This document shows, one piece after another, positions 8,673-17,428 of a DNA stretch of 58,186 nt. The stretch's first letter is position 1, and each line of letters opens with the position of its first letter. This DNA is from Thermoproteota archaeon. GTDB taxonomy: Archaea; Thermoproteota; Thermoprotei; Thermoproteales; Thermocladiaceae. Below the pieces are notes generated by a model that ran no database searches, had not been told where the DNA came from, and saw nothing but the letters and a program-made list of their open reading frames with translations. The stretch lies in assembly GCA_013154355.1 (NCBI GenBank), contig JAADCU010000114.1, forward strand, positions 1 through 58,186. The letters are read 5' to 3'. Both the position numbers and the translations under genes were made by a program.

Positions 8673-9443
8673 GTGAGACTTGGCTTGTTTGGATATGGAA
8701 AAATGGGTGAAGCATTCGCAGAAGTCTTAAAGGAGAAGTGTGAGGTGCATGTGTACGATATTGTTGAGGAGAGGCTTAAAGTTGCTGAGAGCAAGGGACT
8801 AAAGATATCTCGTTCAGCTGAGGAGATAGCTAAGATATGTGATATCTGGTTCATATCTGTACGTCCTCAAGATATCGAAGATCTTGCAAAAACGATAGGT
8901 AACCTTGCAGCAGGAAAGCTGGTTATATCTATTGTCGCAGGCCTAGAGACATCAAAGCTCGAGTCCTACTTTCCTGGTAGTAGGGTAGTAAGATTGATGC
9001 CAAATATAAACATCCGTGTTAGACATGCGGTGATCGCTCTCTGCCCTGGCAAGTCTGCTTCACGTGACGATGTTGAGCTTGTTAAGAAACTTCTTGAAGG
9101 TGGTGGTATAATTATAGAGATCCCTGAAAGACTCATGCCTGCGTACACTATGATTGGTGGTGTTACTCCAGCCCTTGCTGCATATTTTGCAGATGCTTTA
9201 GCTTGGAGTGGTGTTCTACTAGGTCTAGATAGGTTGACTTCTCTAAAGATTGTTGCACATATATTGATAGGAACTGGTAAACATCTTCTAGAGAAGAGAC
9301 CTGACGAGATTGTTGAGATGGTTGCTACTCCTGGTGGAGTAACTATAGAGAGCATAGAGTACCTGGAGAAGGAAGGCGTCAAGGGAAAGATCATGGAGTC
9401 TATTAAGCAGGGTCTAGAGAAGGAGAGGAGATTGAAAGGTTAG
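8673..9443 (+). CDS. proC: pyrroline-5-carboxylate reductase
   Basis: GTG start. Motifs: LGLFGYGKMGEA (Rossmann), VRLMPN, and ATPGGVTIESIEYLEKEG in the C-terminal dimerisation domain. Confidence 0.8.
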   Translation: MRLGLFGYGKMGEAFAEVLKEKCEVHVYDIVEERLKVAESKGLKISRSAEEIAKICDIWFISVRPQDIEDLAKTIGNLAAGKLVISIVAGLETSKLESYFPGSRVVRLMPNINIRVRHAVIALCPGKSASRDDVELVKKLLEGGGIIIEIPERLMPAYTMIGGVTPALAAYFADALAWSGVLLGLDRLTSLKIVAHILIGTGKHLLEKRPDEIVEMVATPGGVTIESIEYLEKEGVKGKIMESIKQGLEKERRLKG

Positions 9444-9871
9444 CCGAACCACCAGTCCTCTAGCTGGTCAGGTGTGAGCTCCTCAATCTTCTTTAATGTT
9501 GCCTCCTCTCTCACGAGATCTCTTATAGATATCACGCCCACAGGTTTTCCTGATGAGTCCACTACTACTAGATGTCTTATCTTGTGTTTTCTCATGAGCT
9601 TAGCAGCTTCCTGTAGAGGAGAGTCCTCTCTGATAGTTATGACTTCTCGAGTACATACGTCACCTACCTTTGTGCTATTTACATCTTTTCCTTCAGCTAT
9701 ACAGCGTACTATATCTTTCTCCGAGAGGACTCCATATAGCTTTCCGTTCTCCATGACTACTAGAAAGCTTACACCATTCTTGATCATGGTCTCAGCAGCC
9801 TCTCTTAACGTGGCTGATGGTGTTATTGTTATGAGCTTCTTTGATGCTACATCACCTACCTTTATTACCAT
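9440..9871 (-). CDS. CBS-domain pair protein
   Basis: 143 aa with two CBS repeats (SFLVVMENGKLYGVLSEKDIV; HLVVVDSSGKPVGVISIRDLV). Confidence 0.8.
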   Translation of the reverse strand: MVIKVGDVASKKLITITPSATLREAAETMIKNGVSFLVVMENGKLYGVLSEKDIVRCIAEGKDVNSTKVGDVCTREVITIREDSPLQEAAKLMRKHKIRHLVVVDSSGKPVGVISIRDLVREEATLKKIEELTPDQLEDWWFG

Positions 9872-9941
9872 GCTAGAACTATTATTACGACCTAATTAAC
9901 GGTTTGTGCAATATTGTAACTGTTATACATTACAGAAAGTT

Positions 9942-10268
9942 CTAATAACTCAGTGTCACAAGTATCCAGAGGACTATTATGGCTATGCTGAACATGACTA
10001 TACCTTTTCGACCTATATTTATCATTTTTCTTGCACTCTCCACATGCATATACCTTGCTTTAACTCTCCTCTCAAAGAGCATGTACGATACTAGGAAGAT
10101 CACGTATATCACGGTCGCACATGACGCCCATAGCAGCCTTAGTACAGGCTTGCTTAACGAGACCTTGACCATGACTAGCAGAAACAGTGCAGGAACAATA
10201 CCTATCGCAAAGAGCGTAGGAGCAAAAAGAAGCCTAAGCATGTCTAACCTAAGCTCTCTCTCGGACAT
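9942..10268 (-). CDS. small hypothetical membrane protein
   Basis: 108 aa with about 3 hydrophobic helices. The local + strand is pyrimidine-rich, which fits a minus-strand gene. The overlapping + ORF 9979..10317 looks like a shadow. Confidence 0.45.
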   Translation of the reverse strand: MSERELRLDMLRLLFAPTLFAIGIVPALFLLVMVKVSLSKPVLRLLWASCATVIYVIFLVSYMLFERRVKARYMHVESARKMINIGRKGIVMFSIAIIVLWILVTLSY

Positions 10269-10357
10269 GTTGACTATGGTTACTCAGGCCAAGTTTTATG
10301 TTTTCAGTCAGGATTAGGCAATGGGTTATAAGTCTCTTAAGCTCTATGAGATTCTAG

Positions 10358-10786
10358 ATGAAAAGAGGTAAAGGTCTAGCACCTATACTAGCAAGTCTCA
10401 TGCTTGTATCGTTGTCAATAATAGCATGTATAATACTCTCATTCTGGATACTCACATTATCCTCAGACTCCTCGATGGTAGTACAGGCAGTATCTCATGT
10501 TCCGCGAAGTCTAGTAATTGCTGCATACGTGAACAAGTCTAGTAATAGCATAGACGTGTTTTCTATAGATGAGAACTCGCTGGGAAGATTCATAATATGT
10601 GTAGATTCTGAGAACAGGGTCGTGATATATGAGGGAACGGATAGAGGATGGGCTCCTAAATATGTTGGGGGTGGAGTATATCTCTACGTGATACCTATCA
10701 CCAAGGAGCTTAAGAGTGGAGTATACTACTGCAAGCTTCTACTAGATGACGGAGAACTTATAATATTTAGACTAGTAGTATATTGA
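10358..10786 (+). CDS. archaeal type IV pilin-like protein (class III signal peptide)
   Basis: The N-terminus MKRGKGLAPILASLMLVSLSII matches the [KR]G-hydrophobic prepilin-peptidase (PibD/FlaK-type) processing pattern. Confidence 0.55.
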   Translation: MKRGKGLAPILASLMLVSLSIIACIILSFWILTLSSDSSMVVQAVSHVPRSLVIAAYVNKSSNSIDVFSIDENSLGRFIICVDSENRVVIYEGTDRGWAPKYVGGGVYLYVIPITKELKSGVYYCKLLLDDGELIIFRLVVY

Positions 10787-10824
10787 AAGTGATGAACGCG
10801 TTGGTAACTGAGCACTGATGAACG

Positions 10825-12048
10825 ATGGGCGAGCCTGAGCACAACATGCTTATTAACACCTACACGATAATTCAAAGAGAGATGAGCACTATACAGGAGG
10901 AGACTGGATTCGACGTTGATAAGTTCATAGAGGAGAGCATAAGAAAGATAAGAGAGCTAGACATTGATAGAGCACTAGCTGCCGTAAGTGGTGGAGTTGA
11001 CTCTACTACTGCTGCAGTCCTAGTCTATAGAGCTATAGGAGATAGACTGGTCCCCGTGTTCATGGATACAGGATTCATGAGGTTAAATGAACCCGAAAAA
11101 GTATGTAATCTATTACGTAAGGTTCTTCCACATATCGAGCTCATAGACGTCAAGGACGAGTTCTATAGGGAGCTCATAAATGTTGATGATGCTGAAACTA
11201 AGAGAAAGATCTTTAGAAAAGTATTCTACACTACGCTATCAAGGATAGCTAAAGAGAAGGGCTGTACCTGGCTTGTACAGGGAACAATAGCTCCAGACTG
11301 GATAGAGACTCGTGGTGGTATAAAGACTCAGCACAACGTACTAGAGCAGATAGGTCTTGATCCTAAGAAAGAGTTTGGTTTCAAGATTGTTGAACCTCTT
11401 AAAGAACTATATAAGGATCAGGTAAGAATGGTTGCAAGAAGATTAGGAGTACCTGAAGAGATAGTTAAGAGACAGCCATTTCCTGGACCTGGACTTCTTG
11501 TGAGATGTGTTGGAAAATTCTATCCTGAGAAGTTGGAAACCCTGAAGATAGCTAATGATATTGTAGAGAGAATGCTTGAAGACGTAGGTGCTAGTCAGTG
11601 GTTTGCCGCGATATGGGAAGACGAGTTAACGTTCGACGAAGATCTTACAAGGTTTGTAAGAGAGAAGACTGGGAAAGATGTTGAAGTGTATATCTTTACT
11701 AGAGCTAGGGGAACAGGTGTTAAAGGAGATTCAAGAGTCTATGGTCCGATAGCTCTAGTTAGAGGAGAGCTACCTGAAGACTTACTTTATAGAGTGTATC
11801 TGTACGTGACTACTAGAAGACCAGACGTTGCTCACGTAATATACGAGATTGATAGAAGAGGTCGTGGAGAGTTCTTTATTACCATAAGAGCAGTAGTGAC
11901 AAGTAACTTCATGACCGCAAGAGTAGCTAAGATTCCCATAGAGAGACTACGTAGAATCTGCGAGAAGATATTTGAGAAGTGTAGTAATGTGTCGGCTGTG
12001 GGATATGATGTGAGTCCTAAACCTCCAGCAACTATAGAGTTCGAGTAG
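10825..12048 (+). CDS. guaA: GMP synthase, ATP-pyrophosphatase subunit (GuaA subunit B)
   Basis: PP-loop AVSGGVDSTTAAV, then QGTIAPDWIE, PFPGPGLLVR and the C-terminal KPPATIEFE. The true start may be an internal ATG (10846 or 10882). The C-terminal domain looks about 60-70 aa longer than archaeal homologues I recall. Confidence 0.85.
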   Translation: MGEPEHNMLINTYTIIQREMSTIQEETGFDVDKFIEESIRKIRELDIDRALAAVSGGVDSTTAAVLVYRAIGDRLVPVFMDTGFMRLNEPEKVCNLLRKVLPHIELIDVKDEFYRELINVDDAETKRKIFRKVFYTTLSRIAKEKGCTWLVQGTIAPDWIETRGGIKTQHNVLEQIGLDPKKEFGFKIVEPLKELYKDQVRMVARRLGVPEEIVKRQPFPGPGLLVRCVGKFYPEKLETLKIANDIVERMLEDVGASQWFAAIWEDELTFDEDLTRFVREKTGKDVEVYIFTRARGTGVKGDSRVYGPIALVRGELPEDLLYRVYLYVTTRRPDVAHVIYEIDRRGRGEFFITIRAVVTSNFMTARVAKIPIERLRRICEKIFEKCSNVSAVGYDVSPKPPATIEFE

Positions 12049-12088
12049 TCTTGCTCTAGTTTTTATATCTTTTAAGCATATACTTAAC

Positions 12089-13219
12089 GTGGTGCTTCCT
12101 AGATGTCTCACAGATGATTATGATAAATTTGTACTCAAGTACCCATTTACAAGAGAAGCTAGACAGAGAGTATCTGACGTAGCTCTAGAGGACGTTCTTA
12201 GAGATAGAGAGTTCTTATCAAGATGCTTAAAATTTATTGAAGATACATTACGAAAAGGAAAAATAGAATATGAGAACTTTCAGGATAGTGAGAACTTTCT
12301 ATTGACACTGTACACGTCGATAATAATAGTATCCTGTCTTGATAGAAGAATATGGAACAGATTTGCAGACATAGTAAGCAAGTACTTCAGTTCTAATCTT
12401 GAGACTGAGGCCGATAGAGAATGTATAGTATATATTGCAGATGAGTTTAATATAAGTGTAAGAAGTATTAAGAAGGTAGTTCACTGTGATAAACTTCAAA
12501 TATTCTTTGACGTGGCTGTTCCACTTCACATATACTTAAAATACTGCCCAAAGAATGACCCAAACTGGAAGCTTGTTAACAGATATGTTGCTAGAGGATA
12601 CGTATTATTAACTTATAGAGAGCTTGCTAGATTAGTAGAGGAAGCTGTTGAAAAACAGATACTAAACATGATAGAGAACGCTTCAAAGAATGATATTGTT
12701 AAAGATATAATAAGAGATCAGATAGGAGAAGAATTGAAAAAGCTTGAAACGAGACTACTACCAAGAACATTAGCTAGAATAGAGAAGATTGTGAAAAACA
12801 TGTCGGAAGATCAAATATTTCCACCATGTATAAACCTGATACTTGAAGATGTTAGATCTGGAGGAAATCCAAGTCACATGGCAAGATTCACCTTAGCTAG
12901 CTTTCTATTAAATTACTATGTTAAGATTCTTAAAATACCTGTAGAAGAAGCTGTTGAGAAGGTTGTTGATGTTTTTCGTAGTGTTGCTGATTTTGATGAG
13001 AGGAAGACTCGTTATCAGGTTCAGCATATTGCTGGTCTTGTTGGTGGTCGCAAGTTCTATCTACCACCAAACTGCGACGAACTCCAAAGCCTAGGACTAT
13101 GCCCAACAGAAGGAAAATGCGGAGTAAAAAACCCACTAACATATGTGATAAAGAGATTAAAAATGCGTGCAAGAAAACCTAGAACACTATCAGCTACGTC
13201 TCGAGAAAACACTCAGTAA
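12089..13219 (+). CDS. priL: DNA primase large (regulatory) subunit PriL
   Basis: GTG start. It carries the conserved FPPCINLILEDVRSGGNPSHMARFTLASFLLN motif and C-terminal Cys residues of the Fe-S domain. Confidence 0.8.
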   Translation: MVLPRCLTDDYDKFVLKYPFTREARQRVSDVALEDVLRDREFLSRCLKFIEDTLRKGKIEYENFQDSENFLLTLYTSIIIVSCLDRRIWNRFADIVSKYFSSNLETEADRECIVYIADEFNISVRSIKKVVHCDKLQIFFDVAVPLHIYLKYCPKNDPNWKLVNRYVARGYVLLTYRELARLVEEAVEKQILNMIENASKNDIVKDIIRDQIGEELKKLETRLLPRTLARIEKIVKNMSEDQIFPPCINLILEDVRSGGNPSHMARFTLASFLLNYYVKILKIPVEEAVEKVVDVFRSVADFDERKTRYQVQHIAGLVGGRKFYLPPNCDELQSLGLCPTEGKCGVKNPLTYVIKRLKMRARKPRTLSATSRENTQ

Positions 13220-14323
13220 TCTCACTATACGTCTACGAAATGTAGAAACAGAAAAATTCATTATATGATTTCTAAGCTCCTCTATATCAATCTTAAGTTT
13301 AGAAGCTTCAAGAATCTTCTGAGCAACATGTGATGGCTCAAGATTTTCAAAACATACACCAAATTTTCCTAATAAACATACGTCTATCCATGTTCCAGAG
13401 TACTTACTTACTACGAGAACACATCCAGAGGCTAATGCTTCAACAGGTGCTATTCCAAAATACTCAAAAGGCATAAGATGAGTATAAATCTTACATTTAG
13501 ATAGAAGAAGTATCTTATCATTCTCCGATAAGTTAGGTATTAACATGACATTTCTTAAATTAAGACGTTGTATAAGATTTTTACAATAATTATAATATTC
13601 AAAACTTGATTTACCTTTCACTGTTCCACAGATATAGAACATCATATCTGGGAGATATTTTGCAGATTTTATGAGAACATGATGATTCTTACTTTTCTCA
13701 AATCTAGCTATGTAGAGGATAGCATCATCCTTGTATAGTTTTGATGCATGGACATATTTTTCAACTTCACAGGGCGGGTACACTACTATAGCCTTCTTTT
13801 TTAAAGTTCTCTCTATAATATATTTACAGAACCTACTATTTGTTAATATGATGCCTTTACTAATCTGATATGCGAGAAGTCTATTGTCAAGATTCCTATA
13901 GATTTCGTAATATGTTTTCCAAAGTATTGATCTAAAATATCTTTCCCGATGCTCTTGAGATATCTTTCCTAGTATTCTACTAGAAAGAGACTGTATGAAC
14001 GTGATATCAGCTGGCATAGGAAGGACTTCTCCATGAGTATTAATAACTAGGTCATATTTTTTAACATATCTAGTAGCATAGAAGCTTAAAAATAATTTCA
14101 TATAGATTCCAAACGTTCTCGTCTTAAGCGGTATCACGATCTCTCTGATGATATTTCTTAAGTCTACTCCTGTCAGGTCTGTAACATGTTTCCAATTTGT
14201 GTGCTCAAATGTTAATAATGTTACGTCATGTCCAAGTTCTGTGAGAGTCTTGCATAGATGCAAGCATAGGCGTTCCCCACCGCCACAGGGATTAAGAGAT
14301 ACATGTGTGACCAATATCTTCAT
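13190..14323 (-). CDS. glycosyltransferase, GT4 / group 1 family
   Basis: N-terminus MKILVTHVSLNPCGGGE..LGHDVTLLT and C-terminal E..FGIAPVEALASGC motif. It has a 30-nt convergent overlap with priL. Confidence 0.7.
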   Translation of the reverse strand: MKILVTHVSLNPCGGGERLCLHLCKTLTELGHDVTLLTFEHTNWKHVTDLTGVDLRNIIREIVIPLKTRTFGIYMKLFLSFYATRYVKKYDLVINTHGEVLPMPADITFIQSLSSRILGKISQEHRERYFRSILWKTYYEIYRNLDNRLLAYQISKGIILTNSRFCKYIIERTLKKKAIVVYPPCEVEKYVHASKLYKDDAILYIARFEKSKNHHVLIKSAKYLPDMMFYICGTVKGKSSFEYYNYCKNLIQRLNLRNVMLIPNLSENDKILLLSKCKIYTHLMPFEYFGIAPVEALASGCVLVVSKYSGTWIDVCLLGKFGVCFENLEPSHVAQKILEASKLKIDIEELRNHIMNFSVSTFRRRIVRLLSVFSRRS

Positions 14324-14389
14324 TATTATAATACCCGCGTAATATACTGAGTACTATGCTTAATAACTACTTGCCTAGCATGATTGAAG

Positions 14390-15079
14390 TTAGATCTCTA
14401 TTCCAAGCTTGTTCTCTAGATATGTTAATATCTTAGCTGTGATCAGAAACGTCGTGTATCTATACTTACCTACCCTAACGATATCATCTGCAATGGAGTA
14501 TGTTTCCTCTCTGAAAGCTCCATGTGGAAATCCTCCTATTATTATACATGGCTTCTCATAACTCAATATTTTATTGATAACATTTTTAAAGGTCTCTTCT
14601 CTGCCCTTTACGTCATCTAACAAGATCGCTATATCAGGATTGATCTCTCTAACAAGATCCTTAAGTGTTCCTTTCTTAAGTATTATGAGAGGTTCTCCTT
14701 CTGGAGGAACTTTGCCTATCTCAAAAAGCTGTTCAAATAGTCCTACAAAGTTATAATAGTTATGAGGTACCCTAGTTCTTGGATCAATAAATATTAAATA
14801 ATCATTCAATGTATGTACATATGTTCTTAACATGCCTAGACTATTTAATGGAGTATACTGTGTTACCTGTAGAGTGAGATATACTATGTCTGGTCTACCT
14901 CTTTTATGAGAATCTTTCAAATATTTCATAGCTTCATGATGTCTTGATCTGTCTAGTAATATCTTATGAGGATCCTTCCCTCTTCTCATGGCGTCTCTTC
15001 TTATTACAGGATGATGAACTATCTCATCTGGCACCGTCTCTAGAGAGCTCTCAGCAATTATAAGATGAAGAATCTTCAT
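14390..15079 (-). CDS. nep1: rRNA small-subunit pseudouridine methyltransferase Nep1 (Emg1)
   Basis: LIIAESSLETVP, RRGKDPHKILLDRSRHH and KRGRPDIVYLTL are typical of the Nep1 SPOUT family. Confidence 0.75.
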   Translation of the reverse strand: MKILHLIIAESSLETVPDEIVHHPVIRRDAMRRGKDPHKILLDRSRHHEAMKYLKDSHKRGRPDIVYLTLQVTQYTPLNSLGMLRTYVHTLNDYLIFIDPRTRVPHNYYNFVGLFEQLFEIGKVPPEGEPLIILKKGTLKDLVREINPDIAILLDDVKGREETFKNVINKILSYEKPCIIIGGFPHGAFREETYSIADDIVRVGKYRYTTFLITAKILTYLENKLGIEI

Positions 15080-15108
15080 AAGAGCTGTATAGGTAACGAG
15101 CTACTAAT

Positions 15109-15930
15109 ATGTCTAAGCTCTACATTATTGGACTGGGAGTCTATCCTGATTACGTGCCAGTAAGAGGAATTGAAGTATTGAGAGAAGTATCAAAGATCTT
15201 CATAGAACTATATACATCTCCTATACCATATCAAGATTTAGTAAAAATATTAGAAAAATACGTAAAAGATATTCAAACTAAGATCGAAATTATGACAAGA
15301 AGAGATATAGAAGATGAGAACTGTGAAAAGATAATTAAAGAGCTTAAAAGAGGTGGTGATGTAGCTCTTCTAGTACCTGGAGACCCGATGTTTGCTACAA
15401 CTCACAGCATCGTGAGAATAATAGTTAAAAAGAGAGGTTTTGACTGCGAGATTATTCATGGAGTCTCTATACTGAATGCGGCAATGAGTTTACTAGGTTT
15501 AAGCCCCTACAGGTTTGGACCAGTCGCTACAATAGTATATCCTAGACTTAGCGTTCTTCCTGAAAGAGCATATGATGTTACATTAGATAATCTTAGGAGA
15601 AATCTTCATACATTACTACTGCTAGACATAAAAGATGAGGGAGGCTTCATGACGGCAAACGAGGCCATAGACATACTATATATGCTTGAAGAAAAACGTA
15701 GAGAAGGAATATTTGTTGATGATAGGGTAATAATAGTACTTGAAAGAATCGGATTTTTAGATCAGAAAGTACATATATTAACAATGAAGGAGGCTAGAAG
15801 AGCAACATATGGTGACCCTCCACATAGCATAGTGATACCAGCTAGACTTAATCCTGTTGAACAGGATCTTCTACATGTTGAGTTTGGAGCTGATTATGAG
15901 ACACTTCAGAAAGCTGGATTGCTCCTCTAG
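15109..15930 (+). CDS. dphB: diphthine synthase
   Basis: Tetrapyrrole-methylase fold motifs LYIIGLGV, ELYTS and LVPGDPMFATTH. Length 273 aa. Confidence 0.85.
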   Translation: MSKLYIIGLGVYPDYVPVRGIEVLREVSKIFIELYTSPIPYQDLVKILEKYVKDIQTKIEIMTRRDIEDENCEKIIKELKRGGDVALLVPGDPMFATTHSIVRIIVKKRGFDCEIIHGVSILNAAMSLLGLSPYRFGPVATIVYPRLSVLPERAYDVTLDNLRRNLHTLLLLDIKDEGGFMTANEAIDILYMLEEKRREGIFVDDRVIIVLERIGFLDQKVHILTMKEARRATYGDPPHSIVIPARLNPVEQDLLHVEFGADYETLQKAGLLL

Positions 15931-17401
15931 TACATACTATCACACATGCGTGACACCTATTACAGGTATCATGGTTAATTAATATCTTATCTTCATTCAA
16001 CGATATCGAGTCACAGTAGAGTTTCGTACAGTTCCTACATCTGTCACAGAGCTCTTCAACTATTCTTATATTCTTTCTAATATTCCTCAATATTATTATA
16101 ACTTTCATATCGGTCGTAAGGATCTTTCTGACATTATCAACTATAGAGTTTTGGATTTCAAGTATTATAAACCTGATATTAAATATTTTCAATATATTAA
16201 CAATATTTAACAACTCTTCTTCATTATCTACTAGAAGTATTATCTTAGTTCTCTTTAGCCTGCCTATATGTTTTAGATTCTTTATTAATACATTACTATC
16301 AGCGATATATACTATTATGAAGTTTTGAGGTATCTTCTCTTCAATAATATTTAAAGAATCTGCACAATCCTCTAAAACTATATCGACGGTATCAAATATA
16401 TCTACAGGGACACGTGTCACGAATCTGACATCGTATTTTCCTTTTGAAGGTACTATAGGTATGATATATTTTGAGCATAATATGACATCTATGTCTCTAT
16501 ACGTATTTAATAGTGAGTACATGAGAGCTAGAAGTGGTCTAACGTATCTCGACGTCTTCTTCCAGATATATTGAGCGTACTTTTTTAAACATCTGTAAGT
16601 TATCTCGATGTATTCTCCTTTTGTTGAAAGTTTTGTCACTTTTTTAGACGTAGATATCACTATGTCAGATTCTCTGTTAACAATGTTTTTAAGTGAGGTA
16701 ATCGTATAAGTCTTGGGTGATATAACAGTGTAGTCTGGTACCATATTTCGAACTATCTCATGAAGCTGATAGTCGACGACGACTCTCATAGATGAGTTAC
16801 CACTAATTACTAGCTCTCTGATTCTATCGTGAAGATTCTTATTAAAATCTCTAGCTATCAGATAGCTTGAGACCCATGCATGACTTATCTTCCAGTCTCT
16901 ATAGAAGAGTCCAAGCGATCTGGGCTGATTACGTAGTTCAGGTTCTTCAATCTCCATGATAGAGAAGACTGGTACTCTAAGTACCACTGGCTCCTCTATT
17001 GTCTCGCTTATCTCGATACCTTTGCAGACATCTCTCACAAGTTCTTTACCTGTCGTTTCTATTATGACTTGATCTTCTGGAATCTCGTCTCTAACATCTC
17101 CATAATCTATTACTAGTATTGTTACACCACCTCTGATCACTAGTCTTCTAATATAATTCAGTATTTTACATATGGTAAATGTATCAACTATGAGAAGCGT
17201 TCTCTGAAAGAGAGAGGTAGCTGCTTTTACAACACTTATCAGAGACTCAGTATCACAATATTCTTCGAGTGTATACGTGAACAATACGTCTACATGTCTA
17301 GAAAGAAGCTTCTTAGCTTTCTCAATGGGCTCCGTTACGTCGATCTTCTCTAGATATGTTTCTACTCTCCTTAAGATCTCTTGAGCTAAGTTTATGACCA
17401 C
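15848..17401 (-). CDS. protein of unknown function with a C-terminal 2x[4Fe-4S] ferredoxin domain
   Basis: GTG start. The C-terminus carries CDRCRNCTKLYC and CNRCHACVIVC. The N-terminal ~430 aa is Ile/Asn/Lys-rich and I do not recognise it. The last 83 nt overlap dphB convergently. Confidence 0.5.
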   Translation of the reverse strand: MVINLAQEILRRVETYLEKIDVTEPIEKAKKLLSRHVDVLFTYTLEEYCDTESLISVVKAATSLFQRTLLIVDTFTICKILNYIRRLVIRGGVTILVIDYGDVRDEIPEDQVIIETTGKELVRDVCKGIEISETIEEPVVLRVPVFSIMEIEEPELRNQPRSLGLFYRDWKISHAWVSSYLIARDFNKNLHDRIRELVISGNSSMRVVVDYQLHEIVRNMVPDYTVISPKTYTITSLKNIVNRESDIVISTSKKVTKLSTKGEYIEITYRCLKKYAQYIWKKTSRYVRPLLALMYSLLNTYRDIDVILCSKYIIPIVPSKGKYDVRFVTRVPVDIFDTVDIVLEDCADSLNIIEEKIPQNFIIVYIADSNVLIKNLKHIGRLKRTKIILLVDNEEELLNIVNILKIFNIRFIILEIQNSIVDNVRKILTTDMKVIIILRNIRKNIRIVEELCDRCRNCTKLYCDSISLNEDKILINHDTCNRCHACVIVCTRGAIQLSEVSHNQLQTQHVEDPVQQD

Positions 17402-17428
17402 TCTCGTAGACTAGTTCTGAGATTTTTA

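Noticed and set aside
9979-10317. 112-aa plus-strand ORF overlapping the 9942..10268 minus-strand ORF
   Set aside because: The local + strand is pyrimidine-rich, which is typical of minus-strand genes here. The minus frame encodes clean TM helices, while the plus frame is Ser/Thr-rich.
12930-13172. 80-aa Gln/His-rich minus-strand ORF across the priL 3' end
   Set aside because: It is a by-product of the local AC-rich patch. It lies opposite a conserved PriL C-terminus and has no start context or motifs.
1-13200. Interpreting the GT/AC composition flips as a replication origin or terminus
   Set aside because: There is no cdc6/orc1 gene, ORB-like repeat set or AT-rich unwinding element nearby. 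The patches are only 100-250 nt long and have the same polarity twice within 13 kb. I kept them as compositional anomalies only.
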